60,345 bases of DNA from an uncultured virus (IMG/VR IMGVR_UViG_3300031673_013668) (Duplodnaviria > Heunggongvirae > Uroviricota > Caudoviricetes): IMG/VR virus record IMGVR_UViG_3300031673_013668, one strand, 5' to 3'. Both the position numbers and the translations under genes were made by a program. This document shows, in pieces, positions 38,677 through 48,143 of this stretch. The notes below the pieces were generated by a model. The model ran no database searches, was not told where the DNA came from, and saw nothing but the letters and a program-made list of their open reading frames with translations. The first letter of the stretch is position 1. Each line of letters starts with the position of its first letter.

Positions 38677-40755
38677 ATGGAGCGCAAAGCATCTACACAA
38701 ATAAGAGTAAAAAAAAGAGTTAAAAGATATCAACAAAAGAAAACAGGAAAATGGGTTAAAGGATACACAAAAACCATCCACAAATATCCCCGTAAATATA
38801 GAACCTTTCGAACTATTAATGGAGTCGTGAGATTTGTAGAGATTACAAGAGTCGGTACTACTGAGCAAATAAAAATATTAGATTCTAAACATCTTGATCT
38901 AAGTACAGGTCATTATTCTGGAACCCTTTATATAGAGCAACCGAGTAATCTTAAACAGAGTGTTCCTTATACAAAATTCATGAAGAAATATTTATATAAT
39001 CGAGAAATACAAGCGTTTGAGAAATTATCACAAGACTATAAAGAGCGTTCTTTTGCAGTAGATTTCGAGCGATATTTAGTACATCCTGAGCGTTATGCAA
39101 TTACGAAAGGGGGATATAATCGAACAATGAAAATAGGAGACTTTGAATTATTTGGACATTCTCATCCCTATGAGTCTAAAGATCAACGCTTACCAAGCGC
39201 AGCAGACTTAAGAAATATGAATACTTTCAGTCCAGAATTTATTATCTCTTACCCTCAATATGCTCGTAATCCAGAAAGTGAAAGCGAGATCTACTTTTTC
39301 AATATTGAAGATTTACAAAAATATGATATCTGGAAAGAGAGATATAAAGACGCAGGAAAAAATGCGGGATCAATTAATGATTTAGAAATTGCGAGTGAAG
39401 TTGCAAAATTAGTCGTAAAAGAAAAAGATCCTAAGAAAATAGCTGAGTTAAAACAAATAACGGAAGCTACCTTATTTGATACAGATCTTGGTCGCCAAAT
39501 ATTTTTTGAGAAAACAGGTGTGAAAATATATCCTTATGATAAATCGATGGTTAATGTGAATATCGAACTTCCTGACTATCCTAGAGAAACATATGCAGTT
39601 ATCCCTGGCACTAGTACAGAAAACCTAAAAGAGTGGCAAGCTCATTTAAAACCGTATATGAATAAAGAGAAAACAAGAGAAGCAATTGATCGAGAAAGAA
39701 AAGAACTTAAAGAACGCATCTATCCTTTTTCTAAAAAAGAAATCACGCTAGATGATCAATTAAATGAATCTCAATGGATGCTATCATATTTAAGAGAGAA
39801 ACAGAAAGAAGGCATAATGAACCAAGAAGAGATTGAAAAAGAGACAGAAAAAGAAGTTGAACATTATAGAGAAATAGTTCATAAACTAGAAGACCAAATG
39901 ATAAAAAACCCCTCTTTAATAGTTCTCCCCCCAGAACAACAGAAAAAAGAAACCAAACAAGAATGGACCCTTAAAGAACTTGAGACTATACATCATGATG
40001 TTAATGCAATTATGAAAACACGAGGCTTAAAAACTAAAAAAGAAAGAAGGGAAATAAGAGCGAAAGTAGAGAGCGAATTTACAGCCAAATCAATTTCACT
40101 TCTTGAGAAAAGAATGGGAGATCCTAATCTATCTGAAAGCAAAAAAGAGGAATTAAAAGAGAAAAAAAGAATATTGGAACATCACTTAACGACTCTAATA
40201 AATGATCCTTCATTAGTAGGCAGTCCTGAGCCAAAACCGAAAAGATCATATACAACAAAAGCAGACAAGACACAAAATGCAATTCATAAAAAATACAATC
40301 TTATTGCAATGAGTTATATGGGTGTATCTAAAATGACTCCTGATGATCGCATTGACAAACTCAAACTAGAACTTGAAGCATTAGAACAACTGCAAAAAGA
40401 TCCTAAACTTGATAAAAAGGTACTTGATAATGAATTAAAAAAAGTAAGACAAGAACTAAAAATGGAGGCTCATTATGGTATGGGGTCTCCAACCCTTCAA
40501 GAATATGAATCTGTAAAGAAAGGCTCACCTCCTATTAAAAGAGATCAAACTGTAAGATGGATGGGATTAACTTCAGAACAATTAAAAAATGAATTAAATG
40601 ACACTACAAAATATCCTGATACAGAATCTATAAAAAGAGCTTCTGAAACACTCCTTACTAAAAATGAAATGAAGCTTAAAATAAGGGAAAGAATTATTAC
40701 TATTATTATAAAAAAAATGGCAGAAGACCGAGCAATCGCACATTTAGGAAGGTAA
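38677..40755 (+). CDS. Basic N-terminus, JAB/MPN-like domain and long helical tail; paralog of 37211
   Basis: KERS...GHSHPYESKDQRLPSAAD; shared DFER, GDFE, PEFI and FFE.TG..YPY. Confidence 0.7.
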   Translation: MERKASTQIRVKKRVKRYQQKKTGKWVKGYTKTIHKYPRKYRTFRTINGVVRFVEITRVGTTEQIKILDSKHLDLSTGHYSGTLYIEQPSNLKQSVPYTKFMKKYLYNREIQAFEKLSQDYKERSFAVDFERYLVHPERYAITKGGYNRTMKIGDFELFGHSHPYESKDQRLPSAADLRNMNTFSPEFIISYPQYARNPESESEIYFFNIEDLQKYDIWKERYKDAGKNAGSINDLEIASEVAKLVVKEKDPKKIAELKQITEATLFDTDLGRQIFFEKTGVKIYPYDKSMVNVNIELPDYPRETYAVIPGTSTENLKEWQAHLKPYMNKEKTREAIDRERKELKERIYPFSKKEITLDDQLNESQWMLSYLREKQKEGIMNQEEIEKETEKEVEHYREIVHKLEDQMIKNPSLIVLPPEQQKKETKQEWTLKELETIHHDVNAIMKTRGLKTKKERREIRAKVESEFTAKSISLLEKRMGDPNLSESKKEELKEKKRILEHHLTTLINDPSLVGSPEPKPKRSYTTKADKTQNAIHKKYNLIAMSYMGVSKMTPDDRIDKLKLELEALEQLQKDPKLDKKVLDNELKKVRQELKMEAHYGMGSPTLQEYESVKKGSPPIKRDQTVRWMGLTSEQLKNELNDTTKYPDTESIKRASETLLTKNEMKLKIRERIITIIIKKMAEDRAIAHLGR

Positions 40756-40799
40756 TATTATGATTCTATTTAAAAAATTAAAAAGAGAAGAGAAATATT

Positions 40800-41351
40800 A
40801 TGAATTGTAGAGTCGTTTATATTTTTATAGGCATAATCTTATTAATTCTACGTATTATCTCAATGATTGAATTATGGTATGAAGTTGCTTATCCTTTTTA
40901 TGAAGGCTTTTTTGTAATAAAACTTCAACTTGAGAGAAGTGGTTTATTTCATACTTCAAATCTAATTAGTATAATTGTATGCATTTCGTTGTTAACACAA
41001 TTAAAAATCAAATTTCTTAATTCAATCATAATTATTCTTTATCCTCTTATTGGAGTAATTTGCGTTCTTGACATCATGAGCATTCTCTTTCTACAAATCC
41101 CAATTGGAGTATTCTCACTTAACTCATTAACATTACATATTCCAACCACAATTGTAGGTACTCTTATATTAATTAATCATAGAAACAAGATTAGTTTAAA
41201 TGGATATATTATAAGTTTAGGATTTATTTTCATTTGTTTAACTTTTATAGATTATCCTAGACTCTTATACATTTTCTTTGCTAATTTTGCCTTATGGCTT
41301 ATAATCTTATCAATTTACAATATCCTTTTGTTAAAATATGGTATAATATAA
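40800..41351 (+). CDS. Multi-pass membrane protein
   Basis: ORF track hydropathy. Confidence 0.6.
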   Translation: MNCRVVYIFIGIILLILRIISMIELWYEVAYPFYEGFFVIKLQLERSGLFHTSNLISIIVCISLLTQLKIKFLNSIIIILYPLIGVICVLDIMSILFLQIPIGVFSLNSLTLHIPTTIVGTLILINHRNKISLNGYIISLGFIFICLTFIDYPRLLYIFFANFALWLIILSIYNILLLKYGII

Positions 41352-41411
41352 AAAGCATTACAATAATTTATTAAATATCAATAAAATGAAAATAAAATAA
41401 GATGATATATT

Positions 41412-41630
41412 ATACCCTATTCAAAAAAAGCGAAATTCTTACATAAAAGGCAACAACAACCAGAATTGTTTGAGAAAGAGACTCTTCGCACAGTCGATTT
41501 CAATAAAGTACCATATCGAGGCACAAAATATGCGAATTACCATAAAAAAGGCTCTGGAGCAAAAGCGATCAGAGGCAAAAAGAAAAATAAAAAGAAATGG
41601 TCCACTCAATCAATTCTAATCCCTAAATAA
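41412..41630 (+). CDS. Small basic virus-like protein (72 aa), probable ATA start
   Basis: (M)PYSKKAKFLHKRQQQPELFEKETLRT...GAKAIRG...WSTQSILIPK*; no in-frame ATG, GTG or early TTG at the N-terminus. Confidence 0.6.
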   Translation: MPYSKKAKFLHKRQQQPELFEKETLRTVDFNKVPYRGTKYANYHKKGSGAKAIRGKKKNKKKWSTQSILIPK

Positions 41631-41648
41631 AATTGAAAGTGTGTTTCA

Positions 41649-41894
41649 TTGAGAAAAAAGAAAAGAGTCAAAAGAATTCTCTATGCATATACGCTTTTAT
41701 GCTGTCCTAAATGTGGACTTGATTTAGATGATAATGATAATTGCCCAACTCATGGCAACATCACAGATGAAACATATTTAGACGATTTAGCCTCTCTCTT
41801 CTTACCTAAAATAGAAAAACCATTTGAGAAATTTCCTCATAATCTCTTTAAAACCTTAGATAAACATTATTCTAAAGAAATAAAAAACAATTAA
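41649..41894 (+). CDS. Zinc-finger protein
   Basis: CPKCG...CPTHG. Confidence 0.6.
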   Translation: MRKKKRVKRILYAYTLLCCPKCGLDLDDNDNCPTHGNITDETYLDDLASLFLPKIEKPFEKFPHNLFKTLDKHYSKEIKNN

Positions 41895-41900
41895 GCTATT

Positions 41901-42671
41901 TCATTTAAACTGTAAGAATTTCTCTTTATCTATGGACCACGCTAAAATTTGGTCAGCATAATCCCCAAGAAAGTCACTTACCTTTTTTATATCTATTTTA
42001 TCTTTATCATTATATAGCGCCCACAACTTTGGTATTTTGCTCTCTTTTGGATAGTGTCGTTTTATTTGATCAAAATTAACTGCCCAATCCTTTACGATCT
42101 CATTACTTGTTATGACTTTCGTTAATATATTTCCTTTTTGAAATTTAAACTCGAAAGGAAAAGAATATAAACTTCCATGTAGAGTTATTTTGACTTTTGG
42201 ATCCTCCGTGAAAGAAACATTATTTTCTTTTAAATATATCTCAACGTTTCTCCTGAAAATATCAATCGTTCCTGATCGCACTAATAAGGTGAGTGAAGCT
42301 AATTCATTCATAATATTAGACATTTGAAATATCGATTCATATAACTCTTCTCTTGTAGATTCAATTGCAATATAAGGTTTCTTCTCAGCAAGAATATTAT
42401 AACGCTTTTTAGTTCGTAAGAAAAGTTCACTCATTCTTTTTGCCGATAAATCCCAGAGATCTATAGCATAACTGAATAAATAATCATCAATAAATCCTTC
42501 ATCTGAAATAAGAAAGGTCCCCTTATCTAATTCTTCAATAAGTAATACAATTGAGTCTCCTGCCGGTCTAGGAAAAGGCAATTCTATTTTGCAGAAACCC
42601 TTCTCTTTAAGTTCCACCAAGTCTTTTCTCAAATACTTAAAATACCCATCTAATACATTATCACATTCCAT
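41901..42671 (-). CDS. DUF1828/DUF1829-like protein
   Basis: IELPF....DSI.L.I......ISDEG pattern; downstream of a DUF6978-like gene. Confidence 0.65.
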   Translation of the reverse strand: MECDNVLDGYFKYLRKDLVELKEKGFCKIELPFPRPAGDSIVLLIEELDKGTFLISDEGFIDDYLFSYAIDLWDLSAKRMSELFLRTKKRYNILAEKKPYIAIESTREELYESIFQMSNIMNELASLTLLVRSGTIDIFRRNVEIYLKENNVSFTEDPKVKITLHGSLYSFPFEFKFQKGNILTKVITSNEIVKDWAVNFDQIKRHYPKESKIPKLWALYNDKDKIDIKKVSDFLGDYADQILAWSIDKEKFLQFK

Positions 42672-42831
42672 ACTTTTTACACCTTTTATACTTCAATAAT
42701 TTGAAAACTTATTTATATTTACACTCCTACTTAATTTTTAGTTATTCCCTCTTATATTTTTTACTATCATAAGTCTTTTACAAATTCTTGATAAGTATAT
42801 CCTGGATAAAACTCTAGACTACTAAAACGAG

Positions 42832-44061
42832 TTAAACTATACTCATTTTATTCCAAATACTATTATCAACCATGTTTTGTTGTAGTATTTGTGGTATTAG
42901 TCCGAATACCTCTATCCCATCAACCATCATGGAATTTGGGAATCCTTTTTTCATGATATTATACGCTCCATTTACATCGGCATTGAGTATTGTTCCTGTA
43001 GAACTTTTAAACAACCCTCTGGAAATTCTTTTTCCTAAATAAAGGTCATGTTGTTCTATTGTTTCATTATCTAAGAAGGAGCATTTAGAAGTGTAGGATT
43101 CATTTATTATCTTAACATGAGTTCCTATTAACTTCGTTTTATATTCTATCTGTTTTACTAACTTCAGAAAGGGAACTTGAACAAATCTCTGGTTGTTCCT
43201 TTTACCAATATTGATATTTTGTTTCCAATTATGATTATACCCAATTATAATACTCCCAACATTGTTGTGAACACAATATTCAATTATATTCTTAGAAATT
43301 CGGTGAAATAAAGTATTAAGTTTATTGTTTCGGATTAAATGTAGTCTTTTCATTCGGTTGGTGTCAGCAAAATTACCTTTCTTATTTTCAATACTTCTAA
43401 AATATGCTACTTGTTTGTTGTAATATTGATTGATAGATTTTACAATCCCACCTTTAATAATAAACGGATTACATCCATTATTATTTACAGCAGTTATGAG
43501 ATTATTTAATCCTAAATCAATTGCTAAAATATGATCCTTATTTAAATTTAAGTTTTGTACCTCTTTTTCATATACAAGTTCTACTTTATAACAGTTCCCC
43601 AAAGGGATGATTCTTACTTCCTTTAACCTGTCTCTTATTCTGGTCTTTATAGATTCAATACACACCTTTCTTGGAAAGGATAAATATCCATCTTTGATTT
43701 TACACTGCTGATTGGTAAAAATAACAAGAGTCTCTCCATCCTTCTTTTTATATCCTGGTATTTTAGGTTTTCTTTTAAATTTCTTAAAATCACTCTTATA
43801 TTCTTTTACCGCTTTAAAATACGATCTCCAATTTCTAACTACAAGGCTTATTGTTTGTTGTGCTGTCTGAGAAGGTAAGCTTCTATATACTTCTTTATGT
43901 TTAAGCATAAAATCTAAATCATAATATGATAAAAAATTATTTAAATGAAAGAAATCTTGCCTAAAATACCAATTCGCTACATTATAAAGATTCTTAGTTA
44001 AATGGCATAGTTTAGATAAATTCTCTGAATATTGAACTTGAATAATTTCAGTTAGTCTCAT
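42832..44061 (-). CDS. tnpB: RNA-guided endonuclease TnpB
   Basis: KNLYNVAN, LAIDLGLNNL, INESYTSKCS, NADVNGAYNI. Confidence 0.95.
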   Translation of the reverse strand: MRLTEIIQVQYSENLSKLCHLTKNLYNVANWYFRQDFFHLNNFLSYYDLDFMLKHKEVYRSLPSQTAQQTISLVVRNWRSYFKAVKEYKSDFKKFKRKPKIPGYKKKDGETLVIFTNQQCKIKDGYLSFPRKVCIESIKTRIRDRLKEVRIIPLGNCYKVELVYEKEVQNLNLNKDHILAIDLGLNNLITAVNNNGCNPFIIKGGIVKSINQYYNKQVAYFRSIENKKGNFADTNRMKRLHLIRNNKLNTLFHRISKNIIEYCVHNNVGSIIIGYNHNWKQNINIGKRNNQRFVQVPFLKLVKQIEYKTKLIGTHVKIINESYTSKCSFLDNETIEQHDLYLGKRISRGLFKSSTGTILNADVNGAYNIMKKGFPNSMMVDGIEVFGLIPQILQQNMVDNSIWNKMSIV

Positions 44062-44647
44062 TTTGTAGTATTAACTCCTCAATTAGCTTTTTTTTTCTTT
44101 TAGAATATAACTTCATTGAATAACAATGAAGTAAAGATACAATTTCTTCAAAAATCTCTTCTGAGTCCAGTTTTTCGTTTCCTAACTCTGAAATTACAAC
44201 AATTTTAGTTCCAAATTTATGAAATAAATAATAAAACAGATTAAATCCAATTCTACTCAATCTATCTTTATATGTAATAATTACATTTTGAACTTTAAAA
44301 TCTAAGATTTCATCTAATAATTGGAAAAAATCCTTTCTTTTTTCAAAATTTATTCCTGAGGCTATATCTGAATAAATACCCTCTATTTTATATCCTGATT
44401 GAAAACAAAAGTTTTTTAACAATTCAATTTGATTTACTAGATCATTCTTTTGTTTATAAGTAGAAACTCTCGCATATATATAATTCTTTTTAGGAATATC
44501 TTTATTTAAAAGAGAATAAACAGAGGTTTCATCAAAATCATAATATCCATTCGGCATTTTCATAGCTTTAAGAGTACCACTTTCTAAATATCTATATAAT
44601 GTTGATCGGGATATTCTTAATATTTTTAAAACTTCTTTTGTTTTCAT
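44048..44647 (-). CDS. tnpA: IS607 serine-recombinase transposase
   Basis: MerR-like HTH (ISRSTLYRY), YARVST, DIASG, YKDRLSRIGF; ATG at 44647. Confidence 0.95.
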   Translation of the reverse strand: MKTKEVLKILRISRSTLYRYLESGTLKAMKMPNGYYDFDETSVYSLLNKDIPKKNYIYARVSTYKQKNDLVNQIELLKNFCFQSGYKIEGIYSDIASGINFEKRKDFFQLLDEILDFKVQNVIITYKDRLSRIGFNLFYYLFHKFGTKIVVISELGNEKLDSEEIFEEIVSLLHCYSMKLYSKRKKKLIEELILQNETN

Positions 44648-45326
44648 TAGTATTATTAAATGAATATAAAATATATATGTTTTGCTAAAAATAGTTACTA
44701 TATTATTTTCTCTCATAAATTGAAAAATAAATTGTTTAGGGGTCATTGCATTAGTGAATTCATGAGATACATCAAACGCCACAGCATCTCCCCATATTAT
44801 ATCCCATTTATGTTTATGCCAGGTTGTAAATCTTAATCTATTCACTTGTTTCGGATTATTATGGTTCGCTTTATCTATTCTCGTTAGGGGAAATAATTTA
44901 TTATATATTAAAACTAACGATTTCATTTCATTTTTTAACATATTATAATTTCCTTCAAATACAAAATAATCTCCATTTATGGATTCAATACGCACTTGGA
45001 ATCGACATAGAACTTTAGTGGCATCTTCAGACCATTCAATATGTCCATAAATAAACTTCTGAATTCCTTGTAAATAATCAAGATCATCTTGGGTAGTCAT
45101 AGGAATTCTTGTCTTTTTTAAGAGATTATTAGTATTATTGTGCCGACAAAACTTTTAAAGTTTATTTTTACTTTCAGTGACCCCTCCCCCTCTCTCAGAA
45201 ACATCATTCCTTAGTGCCAGCTTTCTGATTTAGTGATCCCTTAAATACCCGACAATTCTATCTATTATTATAAGAATATACATTTTAGTACGTTTTTACA
45301 CACAAAAAACAAAGGGGGAATGATAT

Positions 45327-45473
45327 ATTAAAATCGAAATTGATGTACCGGATGGATATAATCCTTATTTTAATTACATAAAAACATATTTTAATCTTGA
45401 AATGAAAACATATTGCGAATCAATTATTGAAGATGAAATAAAAAGCAGAAATAATGAGTTAAGAATATTTTAA
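45327..45473 (+). CDS. Small RHH-like protein, probable ATT start
   Basis: (M)KIEIDVPDGYNPYFNYIK...YCESIIEDEIK; purine-rich SD upstream. Confidence 0.45.
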   Translation: MKIEIDVPDGYNPYFNYIKTYFNLEMKTYCESIIEDEIKSRNNELRIF

Positions 45474-45475
45474 TC

Positions 45476-45724
45476 CTATTCTCTCATATTTTCTAATATT
45501 TTTTTAATCTCTTCTTTTGTATAAGTCCCAGTCCTTAATGTTATTACTCTCTCTCTTTCTTTAGGGGCGCCACTCAAGTTTAATAGCTCTTTTGCATGAT
45601 CCTGCAATACATGCAACACATACTGAGAGATAAACTTATACCCCAATTCTTTATGCTCATCAATATATTTTTGAAAAAAACCAGCTAATTCTTGTGGTAA
45701 CTTCATGCTATAACTATCTCCCAT
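45476..45724 (-). CDS. RHH-like regulator (candidate repressor)
   Basis: YSMKLPQELAGFFQKYIDEHKELGYKFISQYV; ATG 45724 with GAGG SD. Confidence 0.7.
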   Translation of the reverse strand: MGDSYSMKLPQELAGFFQKYIDEHKELGYKFISQYVLHVLQDHAKELLNLSGAPKERERVITLRTGTYTKEEIKKILENMRE

Positions 45725-45943
45725 TTTTAAACCTCTATTACACACATAGACCTTATTTAAATAATACATAAGTAAAATAGCTTTTAAAATTGTTTATAAT
45801 AGATAATAATCGTCTATTTGGAGATGACTATACGATATTCATACGAAATAAAAACGAACATTTAAATATGAAAATATTCTAGAAGATATTAGTAGAAAAA
45901 TTTCGTATCATCAAAATATATATTTAGAAAAAGTGCATAAAAG

Positions 45944-46165
45944 ATGGGTAATGAAATAAACTTTAAAATTGATAAGGATCTTTGTGATGAAGTTAAGGAA
46001 ATTGCTCAGAATAAATTCCCTTTAAGAAAGATTTTGTCTTATGCTGATGCAATCAAAGAGGCTCTGCTTGAATTTGCTAATGCCCGAAAAAATCAAAGAT
46101 ACAAAAACAAAAAAAACACAGAATCAACATCTTCGATTAATCAAGAAAACACCATCAAAATATAG
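45944..46165 (+). CDS. RHH-like regulator
   Basis: INFKIDKDLCDEVKEIA...SYADAIKEAL. Confidence 0.7.
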   Translation: MGNEINFKIDKDLCDEVKEIAQNKFPLRKILSYADAIKEALLEFANARKNQRYKNKKNTESTSSINQENTIKI

Positions 46166-46175
46166 GAGGAATTAA

Positions 46176-47129
46176 ATGAGCAAAAGATCCAAACAAAGAT
46201 CTCTTCAGCAATTTGGAACATTAGATCGTTTTCTTACGCCAATTGTTGAGAGATTTTCATATAAGCCTGATAAGGATTTTGCTCGTTATTTTTTTGGGCT
46301 CTTTAATGAACAAAAGATCTATTATTATGCGATCAATGGAGAAATGTGTTTTACATTAAGAGAATTTGCGAAATATCTTGTAGTAAATATTAAAACAGTG
46401 CAAAATAAATTTAGTGTAAAATCCAACGAAGGTTTTCTACTTGAAAAAGTTCATTATTTTATGATTACAGCTTCTGAAAATAATCCCGAAAATCGGGAAG
46501 ATTTACGAGGCGTGAAAACCTCAATCTATCTGACTTTTCTAGGTGTTTGGAAATTATTACCCACCTTTAGAGGTGAGATTCCCAGTCAGTTATATGACTG
46601 GTTTGGAGAGAAATTATATAAATTAATGAAGTCAAATAAATTGACTTCAGGAGAATTCTTTTTTACAAATCATGTAGGGAATTTAGTTCATCAAGTTATT
46701 GGGGATAGAAAACGATGTTTTGTTGATGAAAGAGGATATATGTATTCTTCAAAAGGAGAGATGTTAATTGCTAAAACTCTGCGTCAAATTAATATTGATT
46801 TTCAATATAATGCTCCAATAAATCTCCCAATATGGCTTATCAATAAATTAAGTAAGGATTATCCGAAGGAAATCTTACTTAAAGCAGGATGGATAAATAT
46901 TCCTTATTATATTACCTCTGATTTTTTACTAAGAATCCTCCCGAAAACGGTCATTGAATATTGGGGTATGGAAGATTCATCTTCTTATAATGCTAAACGA
47001 GAGATAAAGGAATTTATTTATCATGAATTGGAGGTTAAATGCATTTCAATTGAACCTCATGAAGATCATAATCTCCCTATTTTAAAGAAGAATTTACTTA
47101 TAAAATTACAATTAAAAGGAGGAAATTAA
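46176..47129 (+). CDS. Antirepressor-like/PD-(D/E)XK protein, paralog of 15377-16342
   Basis: Near-identical N- and C-terminal blocks, divergent middle. Confidence 0.6.
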   Translation: MSKRSKQRSLQQFGTLDRFLTPIVERFSYKPDKDFARYFFGLFNEQKIYYYAINGEMCFTLREFAKYLVVNIKTVQNKFSVKSNEGFLLEKVHYFMITASENNPENREDLRGVKTSIYLTFLGVWKLLPTFRGEIPSQLYDWFGEKLYKLMKSNKLTSGEFFFTNHVGNLVHQVIGDRKRCFVDERGYMYSSKGEMLIAKTLRQINIDFQYNAPINLPIWLINKLSKDYPKEILLKAGWINIPYYITSDFLLRILPKTVIEYWGMEDSSSYNAKREIKEFIYHELEVKCISIEPHEDHNLPILKKNLLIKLQLKGGN

Positions 47130-47133
47130 ATAA

Positions 47134-47598
47134 ATGTTAGTAGAATATGAACAAATATCATGTTTTTATTATAAGGGGAATGTGTGTCATGCGAATAGTC
47201 ATGTTCCTTTATTCTCTCAATGCGCATCATGCTCCTACAGAATAGAGAATCTTTCCAGACATATTATAATGAATAGATTCAATTCGGAGAAATATATCCT
47301 GAATCAGATCTATTTCAAATTAATTGAAAGGGATATTGTTACTGAGGATGATTTGTTTGCGAATCCCTTTTATCATTCTCTCAGGAAAATAAGATATCCT
47401 GATCTTGAGAAGAAAGAGAAACTCATGTTTAATATTTATAATCTAAGCTCGAATGAGTATTCGTTTGAGATCTTCGAGCTTGAGCTAAAAGAATTACCCG
47501 AATTCATTTGGCATTTAGAGGAGTTCGGGTATTCAGATACATTATTATCGAAATTTAAAGAAAATGTAATAGAATTGCATGAGGCGATAGTTAAATAA
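47134..47598 (+). CDS. Hypothetical protein, Cys-rich N-terminus
   Basis: ORF track. Confidence 0.6.
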   Translation: MLVEYEQISCFYYKGNVCHANSHVPLFSQCASCSYRIENLSRHIIMNRFNSEKYILNQIYFKLIERDIVTEDDLFANPFYHSLRKIRYPDLEKKEKLMFNIYNLSSNEYSFEIFELELKELPEFIWHLEEFGYSDTLLSKFKENVIELHEAIVK

Positions 47599-47903
47599 TG
47601 TTTGACGGATTAAAAAAAGCATTGGATAGAGATCCTGACCGCAAGAAGGTATGTCCTTATTTAACGGTCTGTGGTTCAATGATCTCAGTGCAACATTGTT
47701 CTGATTATAAATCATGTAAGGAATACAAAGAATTAGAAAAGGAGTTCTGGGATAAAGGCAATTCTGAAAAAGAATCTTGGTATAATTCTAGATTAATACT
47801 TCATAGTAAATCAGAGGGTATTGCAAAAGCCCTAGAGGTCATAGATGTTTTTACAAATTATACTCCTGAAATCCATAAATTAATAGATGATTCACGAAAA
47901 TAG
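47598..47903 (+). CDS. Hypothetical protein with Cys cluster
   Basis: ORF track; TAATG overlap. Confidence 0.6.
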   Translation: MFDGLKKALDRDPDRKKVCPYLTVCGSMISVQHCSDYKSCKEYKELEKEFWDKGNSEKESWYNSRLILHSKSEGIAKALEVIDVFTNYTPEIHKLIDDSRK

Positions 47904-47917
47904 AGGTGTAAAAAAAC

Positions 47918-48142
47918 ATGACAAATAGAGACAAATATCCGGACAGATATTTATTCAGGCAGACTAATTTTAACCTTCTCAACAATCCCTTCCATAAAGC
48001 AAAGACTAAAGGATCTAATGTTGATGAGCTTGGATCTTATTTAGCAAGCCAAATGCATTCAGAGAATCCACATGATGGTAAATATTATAACCGTGATAAA
48101 TATCAAAAATATCTTACCAATAAAAAGGAGGGATCATACTAA
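47918..48142 (+). CDS. Hypothetical protein
   Basis: GAGGTG SD; ORF track. Confidence 0.55.
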   Translation: MTNRDKYPDRYLFRQTNFNLLNNPFHKAKTKGSNVDELGSYLASQMHSENPHDGKYYNRDKYQKYLTNKKEGSY

Positions 48143-48143
48143 A

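Larger units (their letters stand above)
42814..44697 (-). mobile_element. IS607-family insertion sequence
   Basis: Overlapping tnpA and tnpB; TAG at both junctions (44700-44698 and 42816-42814, minus strand); no terminal inverted repeats. Confidence 0.9.
42767..45100 (-). pseudogene. DUF6978-like gene interrupted by IS607 (5' part 45100-44698, 3' part 42813-42767)
   Basis: Removing the IS restores ...FMRENNI-EFYPGYTYQEFVKDL*; LTRID...HNNP...HKH motif. Confidence 0.75.

Noticed and set aside
39516..39525. Extra AGGTGTGAAA copy
   Set aside because: Lies mid-gene encoding TGVK in a conserved JAB-paralog block; likely chance
44048..45100. 350-aa ORF as a natural novel transposase, or an IStron
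   Set aside because: Explained by IS insertion into another gene; the 50-bp left end is too short for a group I intron
45170..45260. GC-richer intergenic patch with a TCAGAAA/TTTCTGA stem as a possible ncRNA or tRNA-derived att site
   Set aside because: No cloverleaf or recognisable family; the stem is too short to support a call without covariance data
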